From the human T2T-CHM13v2.0 reference genome, Homo sapiens, in the NCBI RefSeq assembly GCF_009914755.1, contig NC_060929.1: a DNA stretch of 64,000 nucleotides; one strand, written 5' to 3'. Positions within the stretch are counted from its first letter, which is position 1, and each line of letters begins with the position of its first letter. Below, one piece after another: positions 27,404-43,695 of this stretch. The notes beneath the pieces were generated by a model. The model worked only from the letters and a program-made list of their open reading frames with translations. It had not been told where the DNA came from and searched no databases. The position numbers were made by a program, and so were the translations under genes.

Positions 27404-29314
27404 CAGAAGGTTTTCAATTAACTTTACCCAGATCTATCAGAGGAATAGTTATCTATGGCAGATATAGCCTTACCAAATGTATGTATTAAACAAAAAGACT
27501 TCAATATCAAAAATACTCCTAGATCTATGAGCTTCAGGACAGATGTTTTGTTAGTAAGCATACAACATTTAAGTGCTTGTACATCTTCAAAGCTCTTGGG
27601 TGACCAGGTGCATTGTCAATGAGCAGTAATATTTTTTAAAGAAATCTTTATTTTTGAGCAGGAAGGGTCAATGGTGAGCTTAAAATATTCAGTGAACCAT
27701 GCTATAAACAGATTTGCTATCACCAGGCTTTATTGTTTTATTTATAGACCATAAGCAGAGTAGATTTAACCTCTATTAAATTTACTAAAAACTTAGTAAA
27801 TTTTTTAGGACCTCAGGATTTTCAGAATACTATATGAGCCTTGGCATCAATTTCAGTTCACCAGCTACATTATCCCCTAAGAAGCAAGTCAGCTTAATCT
27901 TTGGAGCTTTGAGCCAGCCATTGGCTTCTCCTCTCTAGCTATGAAAGTCCTAGATGACACCTTCTTCCAACAGAAAGTTGTTTAATCTACACTAAATATA
28001 TCTTACTTAGTGTAGCCACCTTCATTAATTATCTTAGCTATATCTTCTGGATAACTTTCTATATAGTATTTGCTGCTATACTTTGCACTTTTATATTATG
28101 GAGATGGTGTCTTTCCATAGAACTCATGAATCAACCTTTGCTACCTTCACACTTTTTTTTCTGCAGCCTCTTCGCCTCTTGGAGCCATCATAGAACTGAA
28201 AAGAGTTAGAGCCTTGCTTGGAATTAGGCTTTGGTTTAAAGGAATGTTGTGACGGTTTTATTTTTTTATTCAGAACACTAAAGCTGTCTCCATATCAGCA
28301 ATAATGCATTTTGTTTTCTTATCATTCATGTGTTCACTAGAGTGGCACTTTAAATTTTCTTCAAAAATTTTTCTTTGCATTCACGATTTGGCTAGCTGTT
28401 TAGACATGGTGAAGAGGCCTAACTTTTCGCCTATCTCAATTCTCAACATGCCTTCCTCACTAAGCTTAATCATTTCTAGTTTTTGATTTAAAGTAAGAGA
28501 TATGCAACTCTTCATTTCAACACTTAGGGGCCATTGCATGGTTATTAATTGGCCTAATTTTATTATTGTTGTATCTCAGGGAGTATGGCGGCCCAAGGAG
28601 AGGGAGAGAGGTTGGGGAATGACCAGTCAGAAAACACACAATATTTATCAATTAAAATTGCCATCTTATATGGGTACAGGTTGTGATGCCCCAAAACAAT
28701 TACAGGATTAATCAAATATCACTGATCACAGATCTCCATAACAGATATCATAATAATGAAAAAATTTGAAATATTTCAAGAATTACCAAAATGTGACCCA
28801 GAGACATGAAGATAGCATATGCTGTTGGAAAAATGGCACTGATAGACTTGCTCAACTCAGAGTTGCCACAACCCTTCAATTTGTAAAAAGCACAATATCT
28901 GTGAAGCATAATGAACTGAAGTGAAATATGCCTATAATATAATCATCTTCAATTAGACAGACAAATTCAGTTAAGGAAAAGTGGTAAAATATATTTTAGG
29001 CTGAATATTTATCAGCCTGTGTAAACTGTTGTTCCAATTGAATTTTGATTAAAAATCTAAAACATTTTTTCACATTTTAAAATTGATTTTTTAATTGGGA
29101 TTTAATTGTTACATTTAGAATTAATTTTATGCCCTTGCCTCTTCAGGAAATAAATGAATATCCCATTGCTCTCCATAGGGAAAGCCCTTGCTGACTGGCT
29201 TCTCCTGCCCCGTCCACTCTCCCTGGCAGCATGGTGGGGCCACAGTGGAACTGCCAGCTTTCCCGTCAGGGACTCCAGGAGCTCTGAGAGTCCCTTCTGA
29301 AGGGTGCGTTAGAC

Positions 29315-29962
29315 AGCGGCTTCAATCTTCCTGACTGTAACAGCAAGAAGCCCATGTTCCACTGCCTGTGGGCATATACATATGTGTAAAACCAAAAACC
29401 AATTTAACAAAATATGTACATACGTACATACGTACATATGTGTGTATTTGCGAATGTATGGATATATGCATTGTGTATGCATATATAATAATAGGAAAGG
29501 TATATCTGAATATTGCTTACTCTTTTTTTAACCTTTTTTCTTTTTCTTTTTTTTTTTTTTGAGACAGAGTCTCCTTATATTTCCCAGGCTGGTCTTGAAC
29601 TCCTGTTCTCATGAAATCCTCCCACCTTGGCCTCCCAAAGTGCTTGGATTACAGTCATGAGCCACTGCGCCCGACCAGTACTTACACTTACCTTACACTC
29701 TGCACACTGCACGCTGACATTGTGGATTCTAGTCTATGTGAGTGTGCCTGTATCCAGATGTAGATGGCATAAGCAGGTATACACATGTGCGTATTACTGA
29801 CAAAATTTGACACAATACAGTACTTCCCCTAGATGTGCTATGCAAGCTGACCTGTTCTATTCTAGTTTCATTTTTATCCATTGTTGGCTGTGGCCATTGG
29901 AATGGCTTTTGTAACTTATTCGTGGGTTGCAACTCCCTGCATACTGCAGCTTGAAAACAGGA
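29315..29962. mobile_element. hAT-Charlie-like non-autonomous DNA element
   Basis: Degenerate ends cagcggcttcaa / ttgaaaacagg and a gggttgcaactcc subterminal motif. Confidence 0.45.
29533..29676 (-). mobile_element. FLAM (Alu left monomer)
   Basis: Single monomer with T-tract; TSD-like gcttactctt / acttacactt. Confidence 0.85.
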
Positions 29963-30314
29963 TCTTGCAGTCGTGTGGGCAGGAAGAAGTGAAGCCTGTG
30001 ATGCAGCCAAGTATTTATTGGAGGCTCTTGCAGGGGTGGGGTGGAGGTGCCGCTTCTAGTGGCTTCTGCATTTGGGTGCCTCGGTTGTGTTTCTTCCCCT
30101 TTCCTCCTGGCCCTGACCTCTGCCTGCCTCCAATTCCTCCAGACTTTATTTTTTTTTCTTTTATTCAAACCCGTAGCCCCACATGGCACTTAGGAGCCAT
30201 TTCTGTGGGGTTTCTGTACCTTCTTCCCTTTAGCTGTAAGAGAGTAGACAGGTGGGAAGGCCCACTGATTTACTACTAGCTCGTGTCTCCACGTGGCCAC
30301 TACAGATGGTGTGT

Positions 30315-30480
30315 CTTATTCCATCCTACAGCCATCCTATGAAATTGGTACTATCGTAACCTGGTTTTACAGTTGAGGAAACTGCCTCCTCTAAGAAATT
30401 ACGTGCTCCAGGTTCCCCGGCTAATGGGGGAAAGAGCAGCCTTCAAATCCAGACCTGCCAGGCCCCAAGGCCTGCGTTTT
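30315..30480 (-). mobile_element. MIR
   Basis: catcctacagccatcctatga...ttttacagttgaggaaactg core. Confidence 0.8.
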
Positions 30481-30536
30481 TCATCTCTGGGCTGTCCAGA
30501 CTCTCTTTTGCCTTTTCTAGAGACGAAGTTATTTGA

Positions 30537-31076
30537 TTGTCTTTTGTTTTTTGTTTTTTGAGACAGGGTCTCACTTTCTTGTGTCATCAAGGCTGGTGTG
30601 CAGTAGTGCAGTCATGACTCACTGCAGGTTTGACCTCTTGGGCTCAAGGGATCCTCCCTCCTTAGCCTCCCAAGTTGCTGGAACCACAGGTTCACGCCAT
30701 CATGCTCAGCCAAGCCTCTTTTTTTTTTTTTTTGTTTTAATTCTCCTGCCTCAGCCTCCCAAGTATCTGGAATTACAGGCATGTGCCACCACACCTAGCT
30801 AATTTTGTATTTTTAGTAGAGACGGGGTTTCTCCATGTTGGTCAGGCTGGTCTCGAACTCTCGACCTCAGGTGATCCGCCCGCCTTGGCCTCCCAAAGTG
30901 CTGGGATTACAGGCATGAGCCACTGCGCCTGGCCTCCAGCTAAGTCTTTAAGTTTTTGTAGAGATGGGATATTGCTACATCGTTCAGGTTGGTCTTTAAC
31001 TCCTGGGCTCAAGTGATCTGCCCACTTCATCACCCCAAAGTACTACGATTATGGGCCTGAGTCACCATGCTGGCTG
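30537..31076 (-). mobile_element. AluJ split at its linker by a younger Alu
   Basis: J-type ctcctgggctcaagtgatc; halves at ~30537-30715 and ~30935-31076. Confidence 0.88.
30719..30934 (-). mobile_element. AluSp/Sq-like, lacking the distal right arm
   Basis: gtttctccatgttggtcaggctgg; T-tract joins directly to aattctcctgcctcagcc. Confidence 0.88.
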
Positions 31077-31519
31077 AGACCAAGGTTTAACCCAAGAATT
31101 CTGATCATTTTCTTTCCTAATATCCTCTTCTTAATGGGAAGCAGCTCCTTACAATTCTGTTGTCAACTTTGCCCAAGTTTGGGAATGTCAAGATGTCTTG
31201 GATGTGAAATTGATTTTGATTTGCTTTTTAGAAATACCAGGAGTGAGAAAGAGCTGCAGTCAGTGTTTCTTTGTTTGCTCACTATTTCCTCATTTTCTCA
31301 CCTGTTATCTGTGTACCTGTGTTTGGCAGGGGTGCCTGTTGATATCTCACTGATTGGAGGGAGGTGTGTAATTATACTTGTGAGGTTGAGGTACTTCTGA
31401 GGAGCAAAGCACTGTGCAGCCATGAGGTAGGATGCCCTGTGTAGACAGTGAGCTCCTCAATACTAGAGGTATCCAAGCCAACTTGCCCAAGAAAACCTCT
31501 TGGAATGCATCATTTTAAA

Positions 31520-31586
31520 TATGCAAGATTTAGCATAGTGCCTGCATACAGTAAGAGCTCAATAAATACTTGTTGGGTGAATGAGT
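31520..31586. mobile_element. L2 3' end
   Basis: tagcatagtgcctgcatacagtaagagctcaataaatacttgttgggtgaatga. Confidence 0.8.
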
Positions 31587-31953
31587 TTTTGAGCCTGAGT
31601 AACCCTTTCTTCCCTGATAAATCTCAGAAAAGGTGAATGTTAGAAAGGACACTGAGAGATTGGTTAAGGTACTCATCAACTTTTCATTCTCAAAACCACC
31701 TGAAAGATGGTAACCTAACTCTTAAATACCAACAGAGAGCACAATCCTGCTGTTCATAGCAGGAGCACATACCAATATTTCGCATATTTCATAATCAGTT
31801 TTAAAGATAATGCCCCAACTGTCTTCTGCCACAGGCTAAGTACATTTCCCTTTCTCATCCTCATTGGCAATAGAAAGCTGGGTTGGAGGAGGTGCCTGTC
31901 CTGTAAAATACGGCACTTGGAAAAGGCTTCATCCTCTTGGGCTTGTCCTAGAG

Positions 31954-32140
31954 CTGGGGTTGGCAAGCCACAGTCTGAAGACCAAATTTGGCCTTTTGTC
32001 TGTTTTTGTTAATAAACTTTTATTGGAGGACAATAAACTTTTTATAGATGGTCTTTGGTTGCTTCATGCTACAAAGGCAGAGCTGAGTAGTTGCAACAGA
32101 GGCTACATGGCTTGCAAAGCCTAAAATATTTACTATCTGC
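31954..32140. mobile_element. MER58A-like, truncated at the L1 tail
   Basis: ctggggttggcaa start; gcctaaaatatttactatctg then the L1 T-rich tail; terminal ~30 bp missing. Confidence 0.8.
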
Positions 32141-35548
<3,408 letters not shown>

Positions 35549-36353
35549 AACTTTTCATAAGAAATTTCTTTACTTCATCTTGAAGGGAGGAAAATAGTAT
35601 ATTTTTATTTCCAAAATATAGTAAATTAGAGACTTTTAGCATGCCTCAGCCATTTGGAAATAGCAAGAGAGTAAATAAAGACCAACTCTGAGTTTAATGC
35701 AAGAAAGGAAATGATAATTCAACAGAATTATGAAGGGCACCCCAGATCTCAGAGAGGAGAATGTTAGCAAACAGGCCTCTTGATGGCATCCAACTGATAA
35801 AACTGATTGAAGGCTTAATATCAATACACGAGAAAGGCAGAAAACCTCCCTCTGTGATTCACCTTTTCACTGGGGTTCTGAGAAACCCAGTCTGAGGGAG
35901 GCACTTTGTTTCATCCAAGTCCTAGAGTTAACTGGAGGAAAGACTTAGAGATGCTTTGAAGGAAAGACACCAGGAAAATCTGAAGACATTTTTCCAGACA
36001 CTGGACTGAGAGCAGGTCATTTTTAATCTGGTTGCATACAAAGTCAGCCATCCCTCGATGACTCAGTAGCATAGCTGCACAAGCATTTTAGTCTCAGGCC
36101 AGAGATTGGAGCACCTGCTCTGGAATGAGGTAGAGTTCTCCACAGCCAGAACTGTGGAAAGTACTGCAGCAGTAGGCACTGGAATTGGGCTCTCCCCCAT
36201 CACACTTCTGGGACAGGAGGAGAGCTGCTACAGTTGTAGTTTCTCCTGGGTGGTGAGACTTGCAGCCAGGGTGGGCTTGAAAACCTGGAACTGATTTATG
36301 TGTGCCATTGCTAGTTGCCCCATTCTGCTCCCCTGAGATGGCAGCACAGCAGA

Positions 36354-37320
36354 GCCCTCCCTACTCTACCTCCAGGCAGAAATCCAGGCATTTAGAACAT
36401 ATGCTTGCCTGGATTAGCAGCCTGAGCTGTCCCACCCTTCCTGGATATAGATCTTGGTACAGCAGGGATCTCTTTGCTCCATGCCCAGGCAGATCTCCAG
36501 GCATTTGGAGCACCCATTCAGCTGGTTCAACAGCCCAAACAACCTCACCCTACCTTGACATAGATCGTGATGTGGCAAGGCCCTCTCTGCTCTACACCCA
36601 GAAAGACCTCCAGTCATTCAGAGCACCAATTCACCTGCTTCAGCAGCCTGAGCCGAGCCACCACACCCTTCCTGGACATAGATCATGGCACAGTGTGCCT
36701 CTTTGCTTCTTGCCCAGGGAGATCTCCAGTCATTCAGAGCACTCAATTGCCTGGTTTGGCCACCTGAGACACTCCACTTTTCCTAGATATAGATTGTGGT
36801 GCCGTGAGGCTCTCTGTACTCCATACCCAGGCACTTCTCCAGGCCTTTGGAGCACCCATTCACCTGGTTCAGAGCACTCAATTGCCTGGTTTGGCAGCCT
36901 GAACCTCCCCACCCTTCTTGGTTATAGATAATGTTGCAGCAGAGCTCTCTCCACTCCATTCCCTGGAAGATCCCCAGCCATTTGGAGTATCCACTCACCT
37001 GGATCAGCAGTCTGACATGCCTCACCTTTCCTGGACATAGACTGTGGTTCAGCGAGACCCCCTCTGCTCCATGCCCAGGCATATCTCCAGGCATTCACGT
37101 AACCTGCTTGCTTGGTCCATCAGCCTGAGTTGCCTTTCCCCTACTGCACAGAGATCTTGGTGAAGGGTGGCCCTCTCTGCTCCACACCCAGGCAGCAGAT
37201 CTCCGGGAATCAGGAGCATCCAGACTAATGGATTAGGAGCTTAGGTCCCCTTTATCCCCATGAGGAGAACTTGGAGCTAAGGAGTTCTCCCAGATTTACA
37301 CCTAGGAACATCTCTGGGTG
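36354..37320 (+). repeat. ~113-bp diverged monomer array (8 full units and a partial) in the L1 5'UTR
   Basis: Recurring ctctgctccatgcccaggcagatctccagg...cttcctggacatagat, unit starts near 36354, 36468, 36581, 36698, 36810, 36945, 37058, 37171. Confidence 0.9.
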
Positions 37321-40300
37321 CCTAGTGGCCATGCACTGGATTCTCTGTTGGCATTGGTGCTTGTGCCTGCCTTCAGGGAACATGCAGGTGGACATACCCA
37401 GACCATCCCAGTCCATCCCAATACACATCCCACAGTATGTGTACATATATATACACATACTGCCAAAAGAAGTGTATAGGGCTTTAGAAGGAAAGCCAAA
37501 AGACCCTACCATGCATTCTCTGCTGTAACATTCTTGAAAGATGAAAAAAAAAGGGAAAGGGAAAGAAAAATTATTTTAAGAGATAACATTATAGGTAATG
37601 AAACAAAAAGAACAAAAATTCTACCCTCATAAAAATAATATCAAAATTTAGAAGTACTAACATCTCCAGATGGGAAAAACCCAGTGCAAGAATTTTGGCA
37701 CCATGAAAAATCTGACTGTAGTGACACCACCAAAAGGATTGTATTTTCTTATCATCTCTAACTAAAATGGAAACTCAGAAAGATCAGATAATTAAAAGCA
37801 TGGATTGCAAAGAAGCTCAATGAAATCCAAGATAAAGTTGAAAAGCTACATGAAGAAACTTCTAAAGCAACCTAGGAAATGAAAAAAGAGATAAATATCT
37901 TAAAAAAATTAATCAGAGCTTCTGAAATTGCAAAACACACTTAAGGAATTTCAAAGTACAATTAAAAACATTATAAATAGGCTGTAACAAGCAGAAGAAA
38001 AAGTTTCAGAACTTGAAGACTGATCTTTTGAACTAACTCAGTCTGACAAAATAAAGAGAAAATATATTTTTTTAAATGAGCAAAGTGTTCAAGAAAGATG
38101 GATTATGTTAAGCAACTAATCCTATGAATTATTGGCATTCCTGAGAAAGCAAGAGAAAGAAAAAAACCTGGAAAGTATATTTAAGAAAATAATTCAAGTA
38201 AACTTTCCTATTCTCACTAGAGAGGTAGAAATCCAGATATAAGAATACAGAGAACAACTGAAAAATAACATATAAGCTGAACATCACCAGGGCATATAGT
38301 CACCAGACTGTCCAAGGTCAACACTAAAGGAAAAATCTTAAAGGCAGATAGCAAAAAAGGGCAGATTGCATACAAAAGGAGTTCCATTAGGCTAACAATG
38401 GTCTTCTCAGCAGGAACCTGACAAATCAGAAGAGATTAGGGGCCTATTTTAATCATTCTTAAAAAAAAAAAAAAAAAAGAAAGGAAGAAATTCCAACCAA
38501 GAATTTTATATCACTCCAAACTAAGCTTTATAAGTGAAGGAAAAATAAAACCTTTTCCAGATGAGCAAGTGCTAAGGGAATTTGTTACCAGCCTTACACA
38601 GAATACTTAAGGGAGTTCTAAATATGGAAACAAAAGAATGATACCTGCTACTACAAAAACACAGTTAAGTACATAGCCCACAGACCCTGTGAAGCAAAAT
38701 CCCAATAGAAACTGCAAAGCATCCAGATAACAACTTCACATTAGGATCAAAACCTCACATGTCAACATTAACCTTGAATGTAAATGTTCTAAGCACCACT
38801 ATTACAAAGCCCTGATGGCAAGTTAGATAAAAAGAAAACAAGATTCATCTGTTTGCTGTCTTTAGGAGACTCTTCTCATACATAATGACACCGTAAGTTC
38901 ACAGCAAAGGGTCGGATAATGATTACTACACAAATAGAAATCAAAAAAGAGCAAGAGTCACTATTCTTATATCATATAACAGAAACTAAACCACCAACAG
39001 TAAAAACTAACAAAAGAGGGCATTTTATAATGATAAAGTGTTAAATTTAACAAGAAGACATAACTTTTTGAAATATATATGCACCCAACATTAGAGTATC
39101 TAGATTCATAAAACAAGTACTTCTAGAGCTATGAAAAGACTTAGACAGTCCTATAATAGTGGTAGACTTCAACACCACACTGACAGCATTAGATACAGAT
39201 CATCAATGCAGAAAATTAATAAAGAATTTTTGGACTTAAATTTAACACTTGACTAATTAGACCTAATAGACATCAACAGACTATTTGACCCATTAACTAC
39301 AGAATACACGTTTTTCTCATCAGTACATGAAACATACACCAAGATTGACCACATTCTTGGCCATAAAGCAAGTCTCAATACATTCCAATATACGTAAATT
39401 ATACCAACCATACTCATAGACCACTGTGAAATAAAAATAGAAAAAAATGGGAGGAAGATCTCTCAAAATCACACAATTACATGGAAATTAAACAACTTAC
39501 TCCTCAAAGAGTTTTGGGCAAACAATAAAATCAAGGCAGAAATAAAATAAATTCTTTACAATAAATAAAATCAGAGACACTACAACCCAAAATCTCTGAG
39601 ATGCACCAAAAGCAGTGTTAAGAGAAAGTTTATTTCACTAAATGCCTACCTCAAAATTAAAGATTTCAAATTAGTAATCTAAATCACACCTAGAAGAACT
39701 AGAAAACCAAGTACAGGTAACCCCAAAGCTGGCAGAAGGGAAGAAATAAACTAAAATAAGAGTGGAACTGAATGAAATCAAGTCCCAAAAATACATAAAA
39801 GAATCAACAAAACCAAAAGTTGGTTATTTGAAAGAATAATAAGAAAAGATAAACTACTAACTAGATTAACAAAAAATAAAAGAAAGATAATGCAAAGAAG
39901 CACAATCAGAAATGACAAAGGTGACTTTACAATGGATCCTCCAGAAATACAAAGATTATCAAAGACTATTGTAAACACCTCCATGCACATTAAAAAAAAA
40001 AAAAAAAACCTAGAGGAAATAGATATATTCTTGGAAAAAATATCTCAAGATTGAATAAGAAAAAAATTAAAATACTGAATAGACAAATATCGAGTTCCAA
40101 AATCAAATCACTGAAAAATCCTTGCCAGTGACAAAAAGCCCTGGACCAGATGTATTCACAGCCTAGTACTACAAGATGTACAAAGAAGAGCTGGCATCAA
40201 CTCTACCAAAACTATTTTAAAAAATCAAGAAGGAACTCTACCCTAATTCATTCTACAAAGCCAGAATCACCCTGATACCAAAACCAGGTAAAGACAAAAT

Positions 40301-40576
40301 AAAAAAAGAAAAGAAAACTCAGGCCAACAAAAATCCTCAACAAAATACTAGCAAACAGAATTTAACAGAACATTCAAAAGTTAATTTACCGTAATAAAGC
40401 AGACTTCATTCCTAGGATGTAAGATTGTTTCAACATATGTAAATCAATAACCATAATTCACCACTAAAACAGAATTTAAAACAAAAGCAATGTGATCATC
40501 CCAATAGATATGGAAAAAAGCTTTAGATAAAATCCAACATCCCTTCAACATGGAAATCCCTCAAAAATTAGGCATC

Positions 40577-40932
40577 TGATGTGGTTTGGCTGTGTCCCAA
40601 CCTAAATCTTATCTTGCATTATAAGTCCCACAATTCCCATGTGTTGTGGGAGTTCCCTTGTATAAGTGATTTAATCATGGGGGTGGGTCTTTCTCCTGTT
40701 GTTCTCATGATAGTGAGTGGCTCTCACAAGATCTGATGGTTTTAAAAATGGGAGTTTCCTGCACAAGCCCTCTTCTCTTGTCTGCTGCTATGTGAGATGT
40801 GCCTTTCACTTCTACCATGATTGTGAGGCTTCTCCAGCCATGTGGAACTGTAAGCCCATTAAACCTCTTTCTTTGGTAAATTGCCCAGTCTTGGTTGTGT
40901 CTTTACTAGCATCATGAAAATGGACTAATACA
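40577..40932 (+). mobile_element. THE1 solo LTR in L1 ORF2
   Basis: tgatgtggtttggctgtgtccc...ggactaataca with exact TSD gcatc. Confidence 0.96.
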
Positions 40933-43695
40933 GCATCATAGAAACATAACTCAAAGAAATAAGAGCCATATATGAAAAGCTCATAGCCAAGATCACACTG
41001 AAGAAGCAAAAATTGGAAGCATTCCCCTTGAGAACTGGAAAAAGACAAGGATACCTACTCCCACACTCCTATTCAACATAAACCTGAAAGTCCTAGCCAA
41101 AGCAATCAGGCAAGAGAAAGAAATAAGGAGAAAAGGGATCCAAATATAAAAAGAGAAAGTCAAACTATCTTCACTAATGATAGGATTCTATACCTAGAAA
41201 CCCTAAAGATTGCCAAAAGATTCCTGGAACTGATAAATGACTTTAGCTAAGTTTCTGGATACAAAATATATGTACAAAATTCAGTAGCACTTCTATACAC
41301 AAACAATATTCAAGCTGAGAGACAAATCAATAATTCAATCCCATTTACAATTGCCACACACACACACAATCACACAAATACCTAAGAATACATCTAACCC
41401 AGGAGGTGAAGGATATCTACAAGGAAAACTAAAAAGTATTGCTAAAGGAAGCAGAGAGATGATACAAAAAAATGAAAAAAAAGATTTCATGCTCATGGAT
41501 TGGAAGAATCAATATTGTTAAAATGACCATATTACCCAAAGCCCAAAGCAATTTACAGATTCAATACTATTCCTATCAAACTATCAATGCCATTATTCAC
41601 AGAATTAGAACTAAAACTTCTAAAATGTATATGGAACCATAAAGAGCCTGAATAGCCAAAGCAATCCTTAGCAGAGAGAACAAAGCTGGAGGCATCAAAT
41701 TACTCAACTTCAGACTATATTTTAAGGCTACAATAGCAAAAACAGCATGGTACTTGTTGGTACAAAACAGACACCTAGACCAATGCAACAGAATAGAAAA
41801 CCCAGAAATAGAGTCACATATCTACTACAGTCATCTAATCTTCAACATAGTTGACAAAAATGAGCAACAAGGAAAGGAGTGCCTATTAATAAATGGTTCT
41901 GAAATAGCTGACTAGCTATGTGCAGAAGAATGACACTGGACCCCTACATTTCACCATATACAAAAATTAACTCAAGGTGAATTAAGATTTAAATGTAAGA
42001 CTTCAAACTATAGGAAACCTAGAAGAAAACCTTGGAAACACCATTCTGGACATGGACCTTAGGAAGTAATTAATGATTAAGTCCTCAAAAGCAATTGCAA
42101 CAAAAACAAAAATTGACAAGTGGTACCTAATTAAACTAAAGATCTTCTGCATACCAAAAGAAACTATCAACAGAGTAAACAGATTACCTAGAGAAACATA
42201 AAAAACATTCAATAACTATGCCTTGGACAATTGTCTAATATTCAGAATCTATAAGGAACTTCATTAATTAAACAAGCAAAAAACAACTTCACTAAGAAAT
42301 GAACAAAAAGCATAACAGAAATTTCTCAAAAGAAGGCAAAGAAATGTCCAACAAAGGTGTAAAAATGCTCGGCATCACTAATCATCCAAGAAATGCAAAT
42401 CAAAACCAAATAAGACATCATCTCATACTAGTCAGAATGGCTATTATTAAAAAATTAAAAAAAAAACCCACAGATGTTGGGTAGGCTGTGGAGAAAAGGG
42501 AACACATGTACACTGTTGGTGGGAATGTAAATTAGTTCATCAACTGTGGATGACAATGTAGAAAATGTCAGAAAACTTAAAACACAACCACTTTTTGACC
42601 CAGAAATTCCATTACTAGGTATATATTCAAGAGAAAACATATGGTGCTATCAAAAAGACACATGTTCACTGCAGCACTATTTACAATAACAAAGACATAA
42701 TCAACTTATGTGCCCATCAACAGTGGTTTGGATAAAGAAAATGTGATACATACATATTATGGAATGCTACAAAGGCGTCAAAAAGAATGAAATCTTGTCC
42801 TTTGCAGCAATATGAATACAGCTGCATGCCATTAACCTAAGAAAATTAATACAGGAACAGAAAACCAAATACCACACGTTCTCACTTATAATTGGGAGCT
42901 AAACATTGAGTACTCATGGGCATGAAGATGGTAAGGTAACAATAGACCCTGGGACTACTTGGGGGGAATGGGGCCAGGGTTGAAAAACTAACTAGTGGGT
43001 ACTGTGCTCAATACTTGGGTGATGGGATCATTCATACCCCAAATTTCAGCATCATGCAATATACCCAAGTAACAAACTTGCACATGTACCCTTGAATCTA
43101 AAATAAAAGTAGAAAAGAAAAAAACTGAAAAAAAAATAGTCCTTCTTTATCTTGAAAAGCTATCGTTCACTCTCTAAAGCCTAAGAAGTTACATAATATA
43201 TTCTACAAATTAGCTGGTGTCCTTATAAAAGTAATGCAATTTTGGACTGATGACACTGTGTTGTACTTTTTGTGAAATACAAGGCACAAGACCTTATGTA
43301 TCATTTAGACATTTTCAGTCTAATCAATCGCTAAGGTTACATTTAATTCTTGGCAGTGAATTATAATTTGTTTATATTTCAGCATTTAAGTCATTGTAAA
43401 GAATAAGAAAAATGGTATTGTAGTAAGAGTGTTTATGCTAATAACTGGAGTGTTGAACACATCTCTTCTGCGAACTGCATCATCTCTATTGCACTTGGGC
43501 ACTTAGAGCAGTTCATTGATTTAGTGCTTCCTTATTCATGCTTTCTTCCTCTGAAGCCTCTAACATTTCTTCATATTCACCTTTCTCATTATCAGGTAAG
43601 TCTTTTGAAATTTATTATCTAGCTAATTTAATATTATTTTCTTTACTGTTGTGATGCTTCTTTTTCATATCAAACTGTTGCTTTTGTTCTTGTTC

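Larger units (their letters stand above)
25634..28934 (-). mobile_element. Near full-length Tigger1 DNA transposon (decayed transposase)
   Basis: Degenerate TIRs taagcatacct / aatatgccta flanked by TA; transposase 5' sequence antisense at ~28410-28535; ~2.3 kb after removing two inserts. Confidence 0.92.
35810..43136 (+). mobile_element. Near full-length L1PA15/16-like LINE (decayed)
   Basis: 5'UTR with monomer array, ORF1-like start near 37670, ORF2 remnants, 3' end cacatgtacccttgaatctaaaataaaag plus A-rich tail; 5' edge approximate. Confidence 0.9.

Noticed and set aside
29881-30279. 132-aa hydrophobic ORF and overlapping antisense ORFs
   Set aside because: TTG start, begins in a DNA-transposon remnant, no recognisable domain; higher GC explains the open frames.
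31678-31687. aacttttcat match to the L1 right flank as a possible TSD
   Set aside because: Not followed by a T-tract and short enough to be chance.
36302-36931. 209-aa ORF, the longest in the window
   Set aside because: Lies within the L1 5'UTR monomer array, starts at GTG and resembles no known protein.
36354-37320. CRISPR-like appearance of the periodic array
   Set aside because: Whole units are homologous with no unique spacers, there are no cas genes, and the context is a primate L1.
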